A stretch of 64,000 nucleotides of DNA from an uncultured Verrucomicrobiae bacterium (GTDB taxonomy: Bacteria > Verrucomicrobiota > Verrucomicrobiia > Chthoniobacterales > JAFAMB01): assembly GCA_963813025.1 (NCBI GenBank), contig CAWEXO010000014.1, positions 438,481 to 502,480 on the forward strand, written 5' to 3'. A program made the position numbers and the translations under genes. Of the stretch, positions 8,734 to 18,133 are shown piece by piece. The notes under the pieces were generated by a model, which searched no databases, was not told the DNA's origin, and was given only the letters and a program-made list of their open reading frames with translations. The stretch's first letter is position 1, and the number at the start of each line of letters is the position of its first letter.

Positions 8734-8999
8734 GGGTCCGTTACACTTGCCGCTGTTGGTAGGGCGAGAATTTAGAGGCTGTCTCACAACGTGGCCTCGG
8801 CCCTGCTCCGGTAGGGGCGAAAAGTTATCCGAGCTTTAGCGAGGACTCGTTTGAGCCGGTCACAGGGGGTGTGCCAAATCTCCAAGACGGCTCAAACAAG
8901 TTCTCGCTGACGCTCGAATGAATTTTCGCCCTACCGATCTTGTCCGACTCGCAAACAAATATCAAATCGCACCGGCGTGCTCCAAAGTCCGATACGCCC
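8734..8999. mobile_element. probable third, degenerate MITE copy carrying family-A REPINs
   Basis: Right end CCAAAGTCCGATACGCCC; left end degenerate GGGTCCGTTACACTTG; flanks AAAGGC-TTTCC | TTTTC-GCCTGT. Confidence 0.6.
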
Positions 9000-9083
9000 T
9001 TTTCGCCTGTGACAAGCGGACCCGACAAGGCAGGGCTGCGCATCTCAGTGGACCGCGCCTCCTCTTCTCAAAAGAACGACAAA

Positions 9084-10331
9084 TCATGCCGCACCGAGAT
9101 TCGCGATACGGCAAATGACAGACTCGCATTCTAAAACCATGATTTTGGAGCGTTCTCTGAACTCCTGCATGGCCGTTGGCGTCGAGCGCTCACTTGCGGC
9201 TGATTCGAGGATATCGGCAAGTTTTCTTACCTCGTCTTTCCAGCTGAATCTCTTCAACTCCTTGTCTCCTTTTTCCACTAGTTCCTCTCGAAGCCCGGCG
9301 TCGACGGTCAGGCGCTCCATCGCATGAGCTAACTCGCCGGGGTCTTCTACATTGACATAGAAGGCGGCGCTCCCGGCTATCTCGGTCTGACTGCCGCCTC
9401 GTCCGCAGATGACGGGCAGGCGGAAGTACATCGCTTCAAGCAGCGGGATGCCGAACCCCTCGTACCGGGATGGGAAAACCAGAGCGGAGGCGTCGCTGTA
9501 GGTTTGCGCGAGCTCCTGGTCGCTGATCTCCCCAAGAAACTTTACGTAGTTATCGACGCCAGTTTCGGCAGCGAACGCCTGGAGTTTCTGAATCCTGTCG
9601 CCGCGTCCAGCGGTCAACGCCAGGTTCCAGGCGTTCTGGCCGAGCCGTTCCCTATAGAGCCGGTAGGCGCGAAAAAGATTTTTGTGATTCTTGTGCGGCC
9701 AGGGTCGGGCGGGATATAGAAAATAGTGTTCGCCATTGCGCGGCGTGCAGCGAGCCAAGCGGCCGTGGATCGTCTGATAGGTCCGGTAGATTCGCTGCAG
9801 CGGAACCGCGTACGAAGTATGGAGCCGTTGGCGAGTAAAGTCTGAGGGTACTTGAAAAATAGCTCCGCAGACGCTGAGCTTTTTGAGATTAAAATGCCGC
9901 CAAATGCGGTCCGATTTGCTGAGCGTACCGGGATAATCCAGTTGAATCAAATCCGGTACTTGAACGACCAGCGGCACGCGGAGCGGGAGAGTTAGAAATC
10001 GTCCGAGCGGCGAGTACATGACGTCGATCTGATGCCTTCGGCAAAACGTCGCGATCCGCTGCCGGCTTCGAAGCTCCTCGATGGCATCGCCCATCGCATG
10101 AGTACGGTCGCGCCCGAACTTTGTACATATGACCTCCGCCCGGCCGGCGAAACGACCCTCGATTTCGTCGAGAGCGATCTCCGAACAAAATAACGTTACC
10201 GTAAACTTGCTCGAAAAATAACTGAGGAGTCCGTCGATAAACTCGAACGTGGCGAACTTGATTCCGCCATTCTCCGCGTCCGGCAGGGTCGGCGTGAGAT
10301 CGACGCCGACTCGAATAACAGCCTCTTGCAT
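9084..10331 (-). CDS. GT4 glycosyltransferase
   Basis: YPARPWPHKNH, FPSRYEGFGIPLLEAM; start uncertain (ORF extends to 10409; the ATG at 10331 has GGAGG upstream). Confidence 0.88.
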   Translation of the reverse strand: MQEAVIRVGVDLTPTLPDAENGGIKFATFEFIDGLLSYFSSKFTVTLFCSEIALDEIEGRFAGRAEVICTKFGRDRTHAMGDAIEELRSRQRIATFCRRHQIDVMYSPLGRFLTLPLRVPLVVQVPDLIQLDYPGTLSKSDRIWRHFNLKKLSVCGAIFQVPSDFTRQRLHTSYAVPLQRIYRTYQTIHGRLARCTPRNGEHYFLYPARPWPHKNHKNLFRAYRLYRERLGQNAWNLALTAGRGDRIQKLQAFAAETGVDNYVKFLGEISDQELAQTYSDASALVFPSRYEGFGIPLLEAMYFRLPVICGRGGSQTEIAGSAAFYVNVEDPGELAHAMERLTVDAGLREELVEKGDKELKRFSWKDEVRKLADILESAASERSTPTAMQEFRERSKIMVLECESVICRIANLGAA

Positions 10332-10353
10332 AACCCTCCTGTCCGGTTCCGAT

Positions 10354-11343
10354 TCAGTTCGCGCGAACGCGATCATCTGTCCTGCTTTGCTCCTTAAGAA
10401 TCGCTTCAATCATCAGTTTAACCACGTCTTCCATGTGATGTTTAGGCGTCCACCCCAACTCACGAGCGGCTTTGGTCGGGTCGCCCTTACCTATCATGAT
10501 TTCTGTAGGCCGAAAGAGCGCCTTGTCGATGACGGTATACTCTTGCCAGTCCAGGCCAAGCTGACCGAATGCCGTCGCCACAAACTCCTCCAGCTTTCTG
10601 CTTTTGCCGGTGGCGATGACATAATCTTCCGGTTTCTCCCGCTGCAGCATGAGATACATCGCCTCCACGTAGTCCGGCGCCCAGCCCCAATCTCGCTGGA
10701 TTTCGATGTTTCCCAGCTGCAGCCTTTCCTTTTCACCCCGGGCAATCCGGCAGGCTGCCGCTATGATCTTTTTTGTAACGAACCGTTCCGGCCGAAGCGG
10801 CGACTCATGGTTAAAAAGGATACCGGAACAGGCAAACAGCTTGTATGCCTCCCGATAGTTGGCAACCTGCCAGAAAGCAGCGGATTTTGCGACCGCATAA
10901 GGACTTCGCGGACGAAATGGTGTTTCCTCGTTAGCGGCGGCTCCACCGAGATCCCCGAAGCATTCGCTCGAGCCCGCATTATAGAGCTTGGTACCCGATC
11001 CGGTAAAACGGATAGCTTCCAAGAGGTTCAAAGTTCCGAGATAGATGCTATCCTGAGTTTCCACGGGTTGCTCGAAAGAGAGCGAGACTGAGGATTGACC
11101 GGCCAAGTTGTAGATTTCGTCTGGTTTAACCTTAAACAAAACTTGGATCACGCTTCGGAAATCGTTCAACGCGACGGACTCAAGTCGAACGTCTTTGCGG
11201 ATCGCGAGCCTTTCCAGGTTCTTGAACGAAGAAACCTGGGCATCGCGGGATGTGCCGCAAACAGTGTACCCCTTACCGAGGAGAAACTTCGCCAGATACG
11301 CCCCATCCTGTCCTGACACCCCGGTGATCAACGCGATCTTCAT
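10354..11343 (-). CDS. gmd: GDP-mannose 4,6-dehydratase
   Basis: ALITGVSGQDGAYLA, NLAGQSSV, PRSPYAVAK, GILFNHESPLR, RDWGWA. Confidence 0.93.
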   Translation of the reverse strand: MKIALITGVSGQDGAYLAKFLLGKGYTVCGTSRDAQVSSFKNLERLAIRKDVRLESVALNDFRSVIQVLFKVKPDEIYNLAGQSSVSLSFEQPVETQDSIYLGTLNLLEAIRFTGSGTKLYNAGSSECFGDLGGAAANEETPFRPRSPYAVAKSAAFWQVANYREAYKLFACSGILFNHESPLRPERFVTKKIIAAACRIARGEKERLQLGNIEIQRDWGWAPDYVEAMYLMLQREKPEDYVIATGKSRKLEEFVATAFGQLGLDWQEYTVIDKALFRPTEIMIGKGDPTKAARELGWTPKHHMEDVVKLMIEAILKEQSRTDDRVRAN

Positions 11344-11431
11344 GAAAGCCTCAATCTGTAGGTTTACGTCCAGACTTGAGCAAGCGATTGTTTGGCGCCG
11401 GTTTGCACTTGGCTTGCCATGATTTTCTACT

Positions 11432-11646
11432 GCTGTTTGCAATTCTGTGCAAAACCGATCGCGTCCTGTAGCGCCGACGGCCGCGTCGGTATCTGGGACG
11501 CTGACGCACGAGGCCATACGTCTCATTCACTAGTGCTAGCTGTTTGCAATTCTGTGCAAAACCGATCGCGTCCTGTAGCGCCGACGGCCTCGTCGGTATC
11601 TGGGAGGCTCACGCACGAGGCCGTACGTCTCATTTCACTAACGCTA
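11432..11646 (+). repeat. 107-bp tandem duplication containing REP-B, in the divergent gmd/GT4 intergenic region
   Basis: Units 11432-11538 and 11539-11646, few mismatches. Confidence 0.92.
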
Positions 11647-12767
11647 TGAAGATCGGGTTTGATGTCGCTCAAACCTGTTCCCCAAGAGCCGGGTGCGGTT
11701 GGATGGCTGATCTTTTGGCGCGAGCATTGGTTGAGGCTGCGCCAAGGCACAGTTTTTTTCTTTACCATCAGTTCGGCCGTTGGCTGAGCTGGAATACCGT
11801 TTGGGGAACGCACATCACAGCGAAAAATGTGCGTGAACCGTTCCGCTGGACAGTCCCGCCGGTTGCCAGACGGATTTGGGATCGGGTTGCCGAAGGAAAC
11901 GGCGGGTTGCCCGGTAATCCGGATATCGTTCATTCCAATTCGTTTCAAGCGCCGGACGCAGGTCGGGCACGGCTGGTCTACACTGTCTATGACGTCAGCT
12001 TCTGGGTGCACCCTGAATTCAGCACTGAGGAAAACTGCATCCGGTGCGAGCGGGGCACCCGGCAAGCATTTGAAAACGCAGCCGGCCTGCTCTTTATCTC
12101 CAGGAGCACATTGGCGGAGGCAGTTCGCTTATTTCCCGATTTGTTGAAGCGGAAAGGCCTATCGTCGGTTGTGGCGCCGCTCGCCTCGAGGTTTACTCGG
12201 GCCATCGCTCCGCGTCTCGGTGCCCCAAGAGGAGATTGGCTGGCGGTCGGCTCGCTCGAACCAAGAAAGAATTACGAATGCCTGCTCTCCGCTCTGGAGC
12301 TTTACTGGAGTGCCTCCAAGCATCCCCGAAAACTGCTTATTGCCGGAGGGAAAGGATGGAAATCGGAACAGCTGCACGAACGAATTGCTCGTCTCCAGAG
12401 GAAGGGAATGGTTCGCTATCTCGGTTACGTTTCGGACCAAACTTTATTGGAGCTTTACCGAAGCTCCTTCGCTTTGGTGTTCCCCAGCCACTACGAAGGC
12501 TTTGGTCTGCCGGTAGTGGAGGCGTTCAGCCAGGCATGTCCCGTTATCACGCGACCGGAAAGCAGTTTGGGTGAGATCGGAGGATCGGCTGCCGTCTACA
12601 CCGGGAATGACCCTGAGCAAATCACCCAAGCGATGTTGCGGCTGGAGCAGGATCCGGAGCATTACCGCGAAGTCTCGCGAGCCTCATTAGCGCAGGCCGG
12701 CAATTTCAGTTGGGAAAAAACCGCGCAAACGGTCCTGGAGCTTTATGAACAGATCGTTGACAGCTGA
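11646..12767 (+). CDS. GT4 glycosyltransferase (WbpY/MtfB-like)
   Basis: MKIGFDV, VGSLEPRKN, FPSHYEGFGLPVVEA. Confidence 0.9.
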   Translation: MKIGFDVAQTCSPRAGCGWMADLLARALVEAAPRHSFFLYHQFGRWLSWNTVWGTHITAKNVREPFRWTVPPVARRIWDRVAEGNGGLPGNPDIVHSNSFQAPDAGRARLVYTVYDVSFWVHPEFSTEENCIRCERGTRQAFENAAGLLFISRSTLAEAVRLFPDLLKRKGLSSVVAPLASRFTRAIAPRLGAPRGDWLAVGSLEPRKNYECLLSALELYWSASKHPRKLLIAGGKGWKSEQLHERIARLQRKGMVRYLGYVSDQTLLELYRSSFALVFPSHYEGFGLPVVEAFSQACPVITRPESSLGEIGGSAAVYTGNDPEQITQAMLRLEQDPEHYREVSRASLAQAGNFSWEKTAQTVLELYEQIVDS

Positions 12768-13259
12768 ACAATTGGCAGATGTCAGTCAGTCGAGCGGTGG
12801 GAGCGGCGGGAGCGGGTTCAGCGGGGGGAGCGTGGACAGTAACTGTCCGTGAAAATTCGTGCAGTTCGCGAGTAATTAATGCTGGGAGCCGGAATTTAAG
12901 TTCATCGGCATGATGGGCCTTTCGGATTTCGAACATAACTCCGCACCTAGCGCAGCGATGCTATTGTAGCAAATCGGGAATTCGCCGGGCTCAACATGAT
13001 AGCATTAGAGTCGCGCACGGAGGTCGCGCAGCCACAGAGGATCTCTGATCCCGCGCCGGCAGGGCAAAAATTAATCCGAGCCGCAGGCGAGGACTCGTTT
13101 GAGCTGGGCGCCGGAGTTGCCACCGCCCAAGGCGGCTAAACAGGTTCTCGCCTGGCGCTCGTCCGCCAAGGCTGGATCGGTCTACCAGTAGTGGGCCGGC
13201 GGGATGTTCAAGAGCAGTACTCGATCAACGAAACAAATTGTAATATAAGTCAATCACTC

Positions 13260-13427
13260 CGTACTACGGTCCGTGAAAATGCTGTTTTCCTGCGAGGATT
13301 TACGAGGAGCCGAAACAGTTTGAAGATTGACCGGCAAGATGCCGGTGTCACGGTGGAAAAGTGGCACAGGCTTCCAGCCTGTCAGTGGACTGCGCGGCCG
13401 CTTTGGTTGCGGCTCCGCCGCGCCGTG
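13260..13427. repeat. composite repeat (two REP-C hairpins); empty-site allele of 6325-6832
   Basis: Its reverse complement equals 6325-6418 joined to 6758-6832. Confidence 0.85.
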
Positions 13428-13462
13428 CACTCCGTGGCCTTCGTGCGAGGTCCTCTCTCACT

Positions 13463-14755
13463 TCACACTCCGGGAACCCGGGCTACTAAATCGATCTCCG
13501 TCGGCTCCGGCGCAAGATTCTGCTCGATCGAGATGTGCGCCGGCAGATTGAGGAGCCCTGAATAGGACTCATTGAGCTCGGAGTGAATGGTCAGCTCCGG
13601 GGTTGCGCGGAGAAATGCAACTGGATGTCCACTGCGGAAAATCGTGCAGCTCAGGATGTACTCACCGGGTTTCAACGGGAGACTAGGCAGATGCAGGGTA
13701 AGCGCGATCTTCCCGACGGCTGCAGTCAACAGCTGTTCCTGGTGGGTCAACAGCACCAGGCCTTGAATATCGGAGATCGAAATGGCGACTTGGCCATCCA
13801 TGATGGTTTCCAGCAGCTCAATCTCAAATCGAAAGCTGAACGGGTGCTGGCTCGGAGCGATCAAGTGCTTATCCGGCCCGTTTTGGGGCTCGATTGTCCA
13901 ACCGACGAGGCGAGCCGGCGGTTCCGGTTGTGCCGGATCAGCGTTCTCCGGCTTATGCTCGTACAGTGACATCACTTCCTGGGTGGTTTGCTTTTCGTAA
14001 GCGGAGACCACTTCGTGCGTAGGTCCGAACATCTCGATCCGGCCGTGCCGGAGCCAGAGACAGACCTGACTCATCTTCCGCACAGCACCCATGCCATGAC
14101 TGACCAGGATGGCTGCGTGGCCTTCGTCGATGATCTCCTCCATTCGATCAAAACACTTCTTCTGGAAAACGGCGTCGCCAACCGCTAACACCTCGTCCAG
14201 AATGACAATCTCCGGGTTGAGATGCGCTGCCACGGAGAAGGCCAATCGAACGTACATGCCGCTCGAGTAATTCTTGACCGGCACGTCAAGAAACCGTTCC
14301 AGGCCGGAAAACTCAACGATGCGGTCGAAGCGGTCTTCGACCTCTTTTCGAGAGAGACCGAGCATCGCCCCGTTCAAATAGATATTGTCACGGCCGGAGA
14401 ACTCCGGATGAAACCCGGTACCGACCTCCAGCAAGCTGGCTAGCCTACCATAAACTTTCACCCGGCCCGTCGTTGGCTGCGTGATCCGGGATAAGACCTT
14501 CAGGAGCGTCGATTTTCCGGCGCCGTTCTCACCGATGATCGACAAAGTCTGTCCCTGCGAAATTTGGAACGAGACATCGCGCAACGCCCACAGCTCGCGC
14601 CGCGAGGCGCCCTGATCTTCGTTCGCCTCCGGCTGCAGAAGCTGTCGGATCGCTCTCTTGCTCCGGTAAGCAACATCTTCGAAAAAAGTGCGTCGGTTGC
14701 GTTCCCCCAGGAAGAAACGTTTCGACAAGTTCTGCGCTTGAATGACGACGGACAT
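13463..14755 (-). CDS. wzt: polysaccharide ABC exporter ATP-binding protein with C-terminal Wzt-C-like domain
   Basis: GENGAGKST, YSSGMYVRLAF, LDEVLAVGD; start overlaps the wzm stop. Confidence 0.92.
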   Translation of the reverse strand: MSVVIQAQNLSKRFFLGERNRRTFFEDVAYRSKRAIRQLLQPEANEDQGASRRELWALRDVSFQISQGQTLSIIGENGAGKSTLLKVLSRITQPTTGRVKVYGRLASLLEVGTGFHPEFSGRDNIYLNGAMLGLSRKEVEDRFDRIVEFSGLERFLDVPVKNYSSGMYVRLAFSVAAHLNPEIVILDEVLAVGDAVFQKKCFDRMEEIIDEGHAAILVSHGMGAVRKMSQVCLWLRHGRIEMFGPTHEVVSAYEKQTTQEVMSLYEHKPENADPAQPEPPARLVGWTIEPQNGPDKHLIAPSQHPFSFRFEIELLETIMDGQVAISISDIQGLVLLTHQEQLLTAAVGKIALTLHLPSLPLKPGEYILSCTIFRSGHPVAFLRATPELTIHSELNESYSGLLNLPAHISIEQNLAPEPTEIDLVARVPGV

Positions 14756-15597
14756 CAGATCGAATCGGTGAACGTGCCTTCGGCTTGAACGAAAGAAAAA
14801 ACTCCGATCACCAGGAAAAAGATGGTCATCAACGTTGCGATCAAGGCTGGTTGGATGGGAACAACTTCGGCGCCGAAAAGGCTCGCTCGATACCACTCCA
14901 CCATGCTGGCCATCGGGTTAAGGTTCAAGAGCCATTGCAGATGCGCCGGCACCGTTGACCGAGGGTAAATAACACAGCTGCCGTACATCAGCAGATTCAA
15001 GCTGTAACCCACGACCATGTGCAGGTCGCGGTATCGGACCGTGGCTGCAGCAATCAGGCATCCGAGGCCGAGTCCCAAGAGAGAAATCTCCAGAAGAATG
15101 ATCGGCAAGAGAACGATGTGCGGGCTGAGATCAACTCTCCTGCCGATTAGATTGTACACCGCAACAACGACCAGGAGAACCAGAAATTGCGCCGCGAAGT
15201 TCAAAAGATTCATGCTGACCTGGCTCAGCGGAACGATCAGCCGCGGAAAATAGATCTTCCGAAAAATGCCGCTGCTTCCGAGGAAAGTGTAAGACACCTG
15301 GGTGACACAATTTGAAAAAAAGAACCAGAGAATGATCCCCGATAGATAGAAGACGAGCGGCGGAAGGTCCGTGGTGGGAAGCCGGGCGATTTGACTGAAA
15401 ATCACGACGAAGACGAGCGCAGAAAGGAAAGGCTGGAGGAAAAACCAAAGCGGACCAAGCACGGTCTGCTTGTAAGCAGCTACAAAATCGCGTTTAACCA
15501 GCAGCAGATAAAGCTCGCGAAAGGCCCAGAGTTCCTTTGGGTCGCTACTCAGCAACTTCTCTGCATCGACAACATAGGTTGGGCTTGGGTTACTCAT
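14755..15597 (-). CDS. wzm: polysaccharide ABC exporter permease
   Basis: RDFVAAYKQTVLGPLW, KIYFPRLIVP, RYRD, LNPM. Confidence 0.92.
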   Translation of the reverse strand: MSNPSPTYVVDAEKLLSSDPKELWAFRELYLLLVKRDFVAAYKQTVLGPLWFFLQPFLSALVFVVIFSQIARLPTTDLPPLVFYLSGIILWFFFSNCVTQVSYTFLGSSGIFRKIYFPRLIVPLSQVSMNLLNFAAQFLVLLVVVAVYNLIGRRVDLSPHIVLLPIILLEISLLGLGLGCLIAAATVRYRDLHMVVGYSLNLLMYGSCVIYPRSTVPAHLQWLLNLNPMASMVEWYRASLFGAEVVPIQPALIATLMTIFFLVIGVFSFVQAEGTFTDSI

Positions 15598-15726
15598 GCG
15601 CAGGCCGAGACTCGGCCTTGCCCCACCAATGCACGCAGGTGCACTCTTTGCAATTTCTTGCAAGGACCGTTCGGAATCCTCTTATAAGCCGAATGGCGTA
15701 TCTCGCAACATTGCCCCGGCCTGTGC

Positions 15727-16091
15727 CGGTAGGGCGAAAACTTGTTTGAGCCGTCTTCGCCATAGCTTTAGCGACGGAGGAGCCGTCTTGAACGCGCCTA
15801 CCCGGATAAAAAAAAGCGCCTCCCAACATTGGCCCTTGCCGGCAGGGCGAAAATTTAGAGGCTGCCTTGCAACATGGCCTCGCCCCTGCGCCGGTAGGGT
15901 AAGCCCCTGGCGGTAAGGCGAGAATTTATTCGAGCCGGACGAGAGGTTGCCACATCCCAAGGCTGCCTCGCAACGTGGCCTTGGCCCTGCTCTGGTAGGG
16001 CGAGAATTTATTCGAGCCGTCTTTGGATGTGGCAACCTCTCCGGACGGCTCGAATAAATTCTCGCCCTACCGCCACAGGGCCCGCCCTACC
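15727..16091. repeat. cluster of family-A REPs/REPIN on the 3' side of the RAYT (perfect doublet 15994-16071)
   Basis: Multiple GGTAGGGCGAGAATTTATTCGAGCC copies and fragments. Confidence 0.9.
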
Positions 16092-16128
16092 GCCACAGGG
16101 CCGATAATGTTGCGAGTGCTTAGAGCCG

Positions 16129-16593
16129 TCACCACCAATCAGCAAATCGGGTCATCTCACCTTGGAATCGCCAACGTGCTGGCTCGTCCGTCAAGCCCGC
16201 CCTAATCGGATTCATGAGTATATACCGGTACCTTGCTTCAGCGCTGTCGTGGGCGCGAATCCGATGATGGAATGCCCCGGACTGCCATCTGCACCCTGGC
16301 TGATCGAATCGTAGTGAGACCCGCGATTTCCAAATCTTGATCCAAAGATCCAGTCCGGCTTGGCCTGAGCCCGGCCAAGCAAAGAAATGCAGGTGATCAG
16401 GCATAATCATGTAGCGCCCGACGTGCCAGTCCGTTGCTTCTCCCCACGCTGCAACGAGCAATGTGTGTACCGTATCGTTAGCCAGCCATCTGACTCGCTT
16501 TCGGGTGCACACGGTGACAAGCACCAAAGTGGGCTGTTCGTGGACAAAAAGAACACCTTTTGCCGGGTGCTTCCGCTGCGGTCGGTAATACAT
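16129..16593 (-). CDS. rayT: REP-associated tyrosine transposase (RAYT / TnpA-REP, Y1 HUH nuclease)
   Basis: VTVCT, HUH motif MPDHLH, WQ..AFHHRIR, catalytic Y..NP.RAGL; flanked on both sides by GTAG REPINs. Confidence 0.92.
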   Translation of the reverse strand: MYYRPQRKHPAKGVLFVHEQPTLVLVTVCTRKRVRWLANDTVHTLLVAAWGEATDWHVGRYMIMPDHLHFFAWPGSGQAGLDLWIKIWKSRVSLRFDQPGCRWQSGAFHHRIRAHDSAEARYRYILMNPIRAGLTDEPARWRFQGEMTRFADWW

Positions 16594-16656
16594 AAAACAG
16601 AATTACTAGTTGTGTTTTAAATCGACAATTTAAAAATACTCTTAATGTTGAGCTCT

Positions 16657-16799
16657 GGCCCTGCGCCGGTAGGCCTCGGCCCTGCGCTGGTAGGGCGAGA
16701 ATTTATTCGAGCCGTCCGGGGAGATTGCCACATCCCAAGACGGCTCGAATAAATTCTCGCCCTACCAGCGCAGGGCCGAGGCCTACCAGGACAGGGCCC
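16657..16799. repeat. long family-A REPIN hairpin upstream of the RAYT (core 16689-16766)
   Basis: About 60-bp inverted arms with nested GGTAG feet. Confidence 0.92.
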
Positions 16800-16975
16800 A
16801 AGAGGGGGAAGGAGGGTCGCGCGCACTACTAGACACGCTCCCACCGCTTGACAGCGGTCCTCCGACAGGCAAACTCTTGGCCACACTGGACCAGCACAAG
16901 GAGCAAGATGTTGGGAAACATTCCGCTGTGGAGGAATTGCCAGAGATTAAGAGGATGCCCGGCTCTCCTTCTATA

Positions 16976-18133
16976 ATGCCATTCATATCCAATAGTGGGA
17001 ATTTCGAGGATGTCCTTCTTTGGCGGGCATTCCGGAAAACTGAGGCCGGCTTCTACATCGATGCAGGAGCTTTTGAAGCTTCCGGCCCGGAGCTCAATTC
17101 GGTGACCCGGGCCTTCTACGAGGCGGGCTGGACCGGCATCAACATCGTTTCCGACCCGCGGTGCTTCGAACAGGTCAGGCAACTTCGCCCCCGCGACTTG
17201 AACATGCTCGGTAAACTCGGACGGACGCCGGGATATACCGGCTCACCGACAGTTCCGCTCTTATCGTTGAAAGAATTGCTCGAGGACCATTCACCGGAGG
17301 ATGTTCAATTTCTGCGGATCACCGCAGATTCTGCCTCGGCCGACACGTTCGCTGAGCCGCTCCCAAAAGCACCTGCCGTTATTCTTTTCTGTGGAAGATT
17401 TGCCGAAAGTTTCGATCGCTCGCTCAACGATCGAAGTTACGATTTAGTCTACACGGATGGCCTGAACCGGTTTTATCTGAAACGAGACAAGCTCTCGCTT
17501 CGTACCCATTTCGTTCTGCCGCCGAATGCCGAAGATAATTTTGTCTCGCGCGCGCAATGGGATGCAGAGCAGCGTTGTATGGCTCTCGCGGCGAAGATCA
17601 AACACCTGGAAAAGCAGACGGCCGATCTGCGGACTGCCTTCCAAGATGCTTCTTCGCATGCGGAAAGCCTGGCAAACGCGTTTGCCGACGCCCGGGACAA
17701 TCGTGCTCGGCTTCGTCAGCGGCTGACGGAAGAGGATGTCTTTAAGAACTACCTGCTCGAGCGTGTCCGCCAGCTCGAGATCGATCTACGCCTTAAACGG
17801 AGTCGTACGGTCCAGGCACGGCTGCAGGCCGCGGGTCAGTGGACAACGAGCGGCGGCCCGCGTCGTCTTTTCAATCAAACCGTCTTGGCCGGAATGCGGC
17901 GAGCAGCCCGCCAGCCGATCCTGCTGAATTGGGGACGCCGCCTGCTGCAGCCGTTTCCCAGGCTCACCGCCCGAGTTTCGCAGGCGGTGGCGCCAGCGCT
18001 GCCTCTCGCGAAGGCGTCTGCCGTCGGAGAGTTGAGTTCTGAGGACCCGTATGAGGCCGGTCTGCCCGCACCTGCCCGATCGATCTATCGCAAGCTGCAA
18101 GCGGCACTCTCTCCCGAACTTCGTTCCCGATGA
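16976..18133 (+). CDS. FkbM-like methyltransferase with C-terminal coiled coil (putative O-antigen chain terminator)
   Basis: MPFISNSGNFEDVLLWRAF..GFYIDAGA..SVTRAFYEAGWTGINI, DGLNRFY, followed by heptad-rich helices; overlaps the next gene (ATGA). Confidence 0.8.
   Translation: MPFISNSGNFEDVLLWRAFRKTEAGFYIDAGAFEASGPELNSVTRAFYEAGWTGINIVSDPRCFEQVRQLRPRDLNMLGKLGRTPGYTGSPTVPLLSLKELLEDHSPEDVQFLRITADSASADTFAEPLPKAPAVILFCGRFAESFDRSLNDRSYDLVYTDGLNRFYLKRDKLSLRTHFVLPPNAEDNFVSRAQWDAEQRCMALAAKIKHLEKQTADLRTAFQDASSHAESLANAFADARDNRARLRQRLTEEDVFKNYLLERVRQLEIDLRLKRSRTVQARLQAAGQWTTSGGPRRLFNQTVLAGMRRAARQPILLNWGRRLLQPFPRLTARVSQAVAPALPLAKASAVGELSSEDPYEAGLPAPARSIYRKLQAALSPELRSR

Noticed and set aside
11344..11645. 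Long N-terminal extensions of gmd (to 11526) and GT4 (from 11544), and ORFs 11392-11649 and 11523-12065
   Set aside because: They are translations of the tandem repeat; family homology starts at MKIALITG and MKIGFDV
16129..16593. IS200/IS605 TnpA with a TnpB/IscB partner
   Set aside because: No nuclease ORF adjacent; flanking REPINs and the WQ/NP.RAGL motifs fit a RAYT
15727..16799. REPIN clusters as CRISPR repeats or integron attC sites
   Set aside because: Copies are inverted doublets with GTAG feet at irregular spacing beside a RAYT; no cas gene or integron integrase
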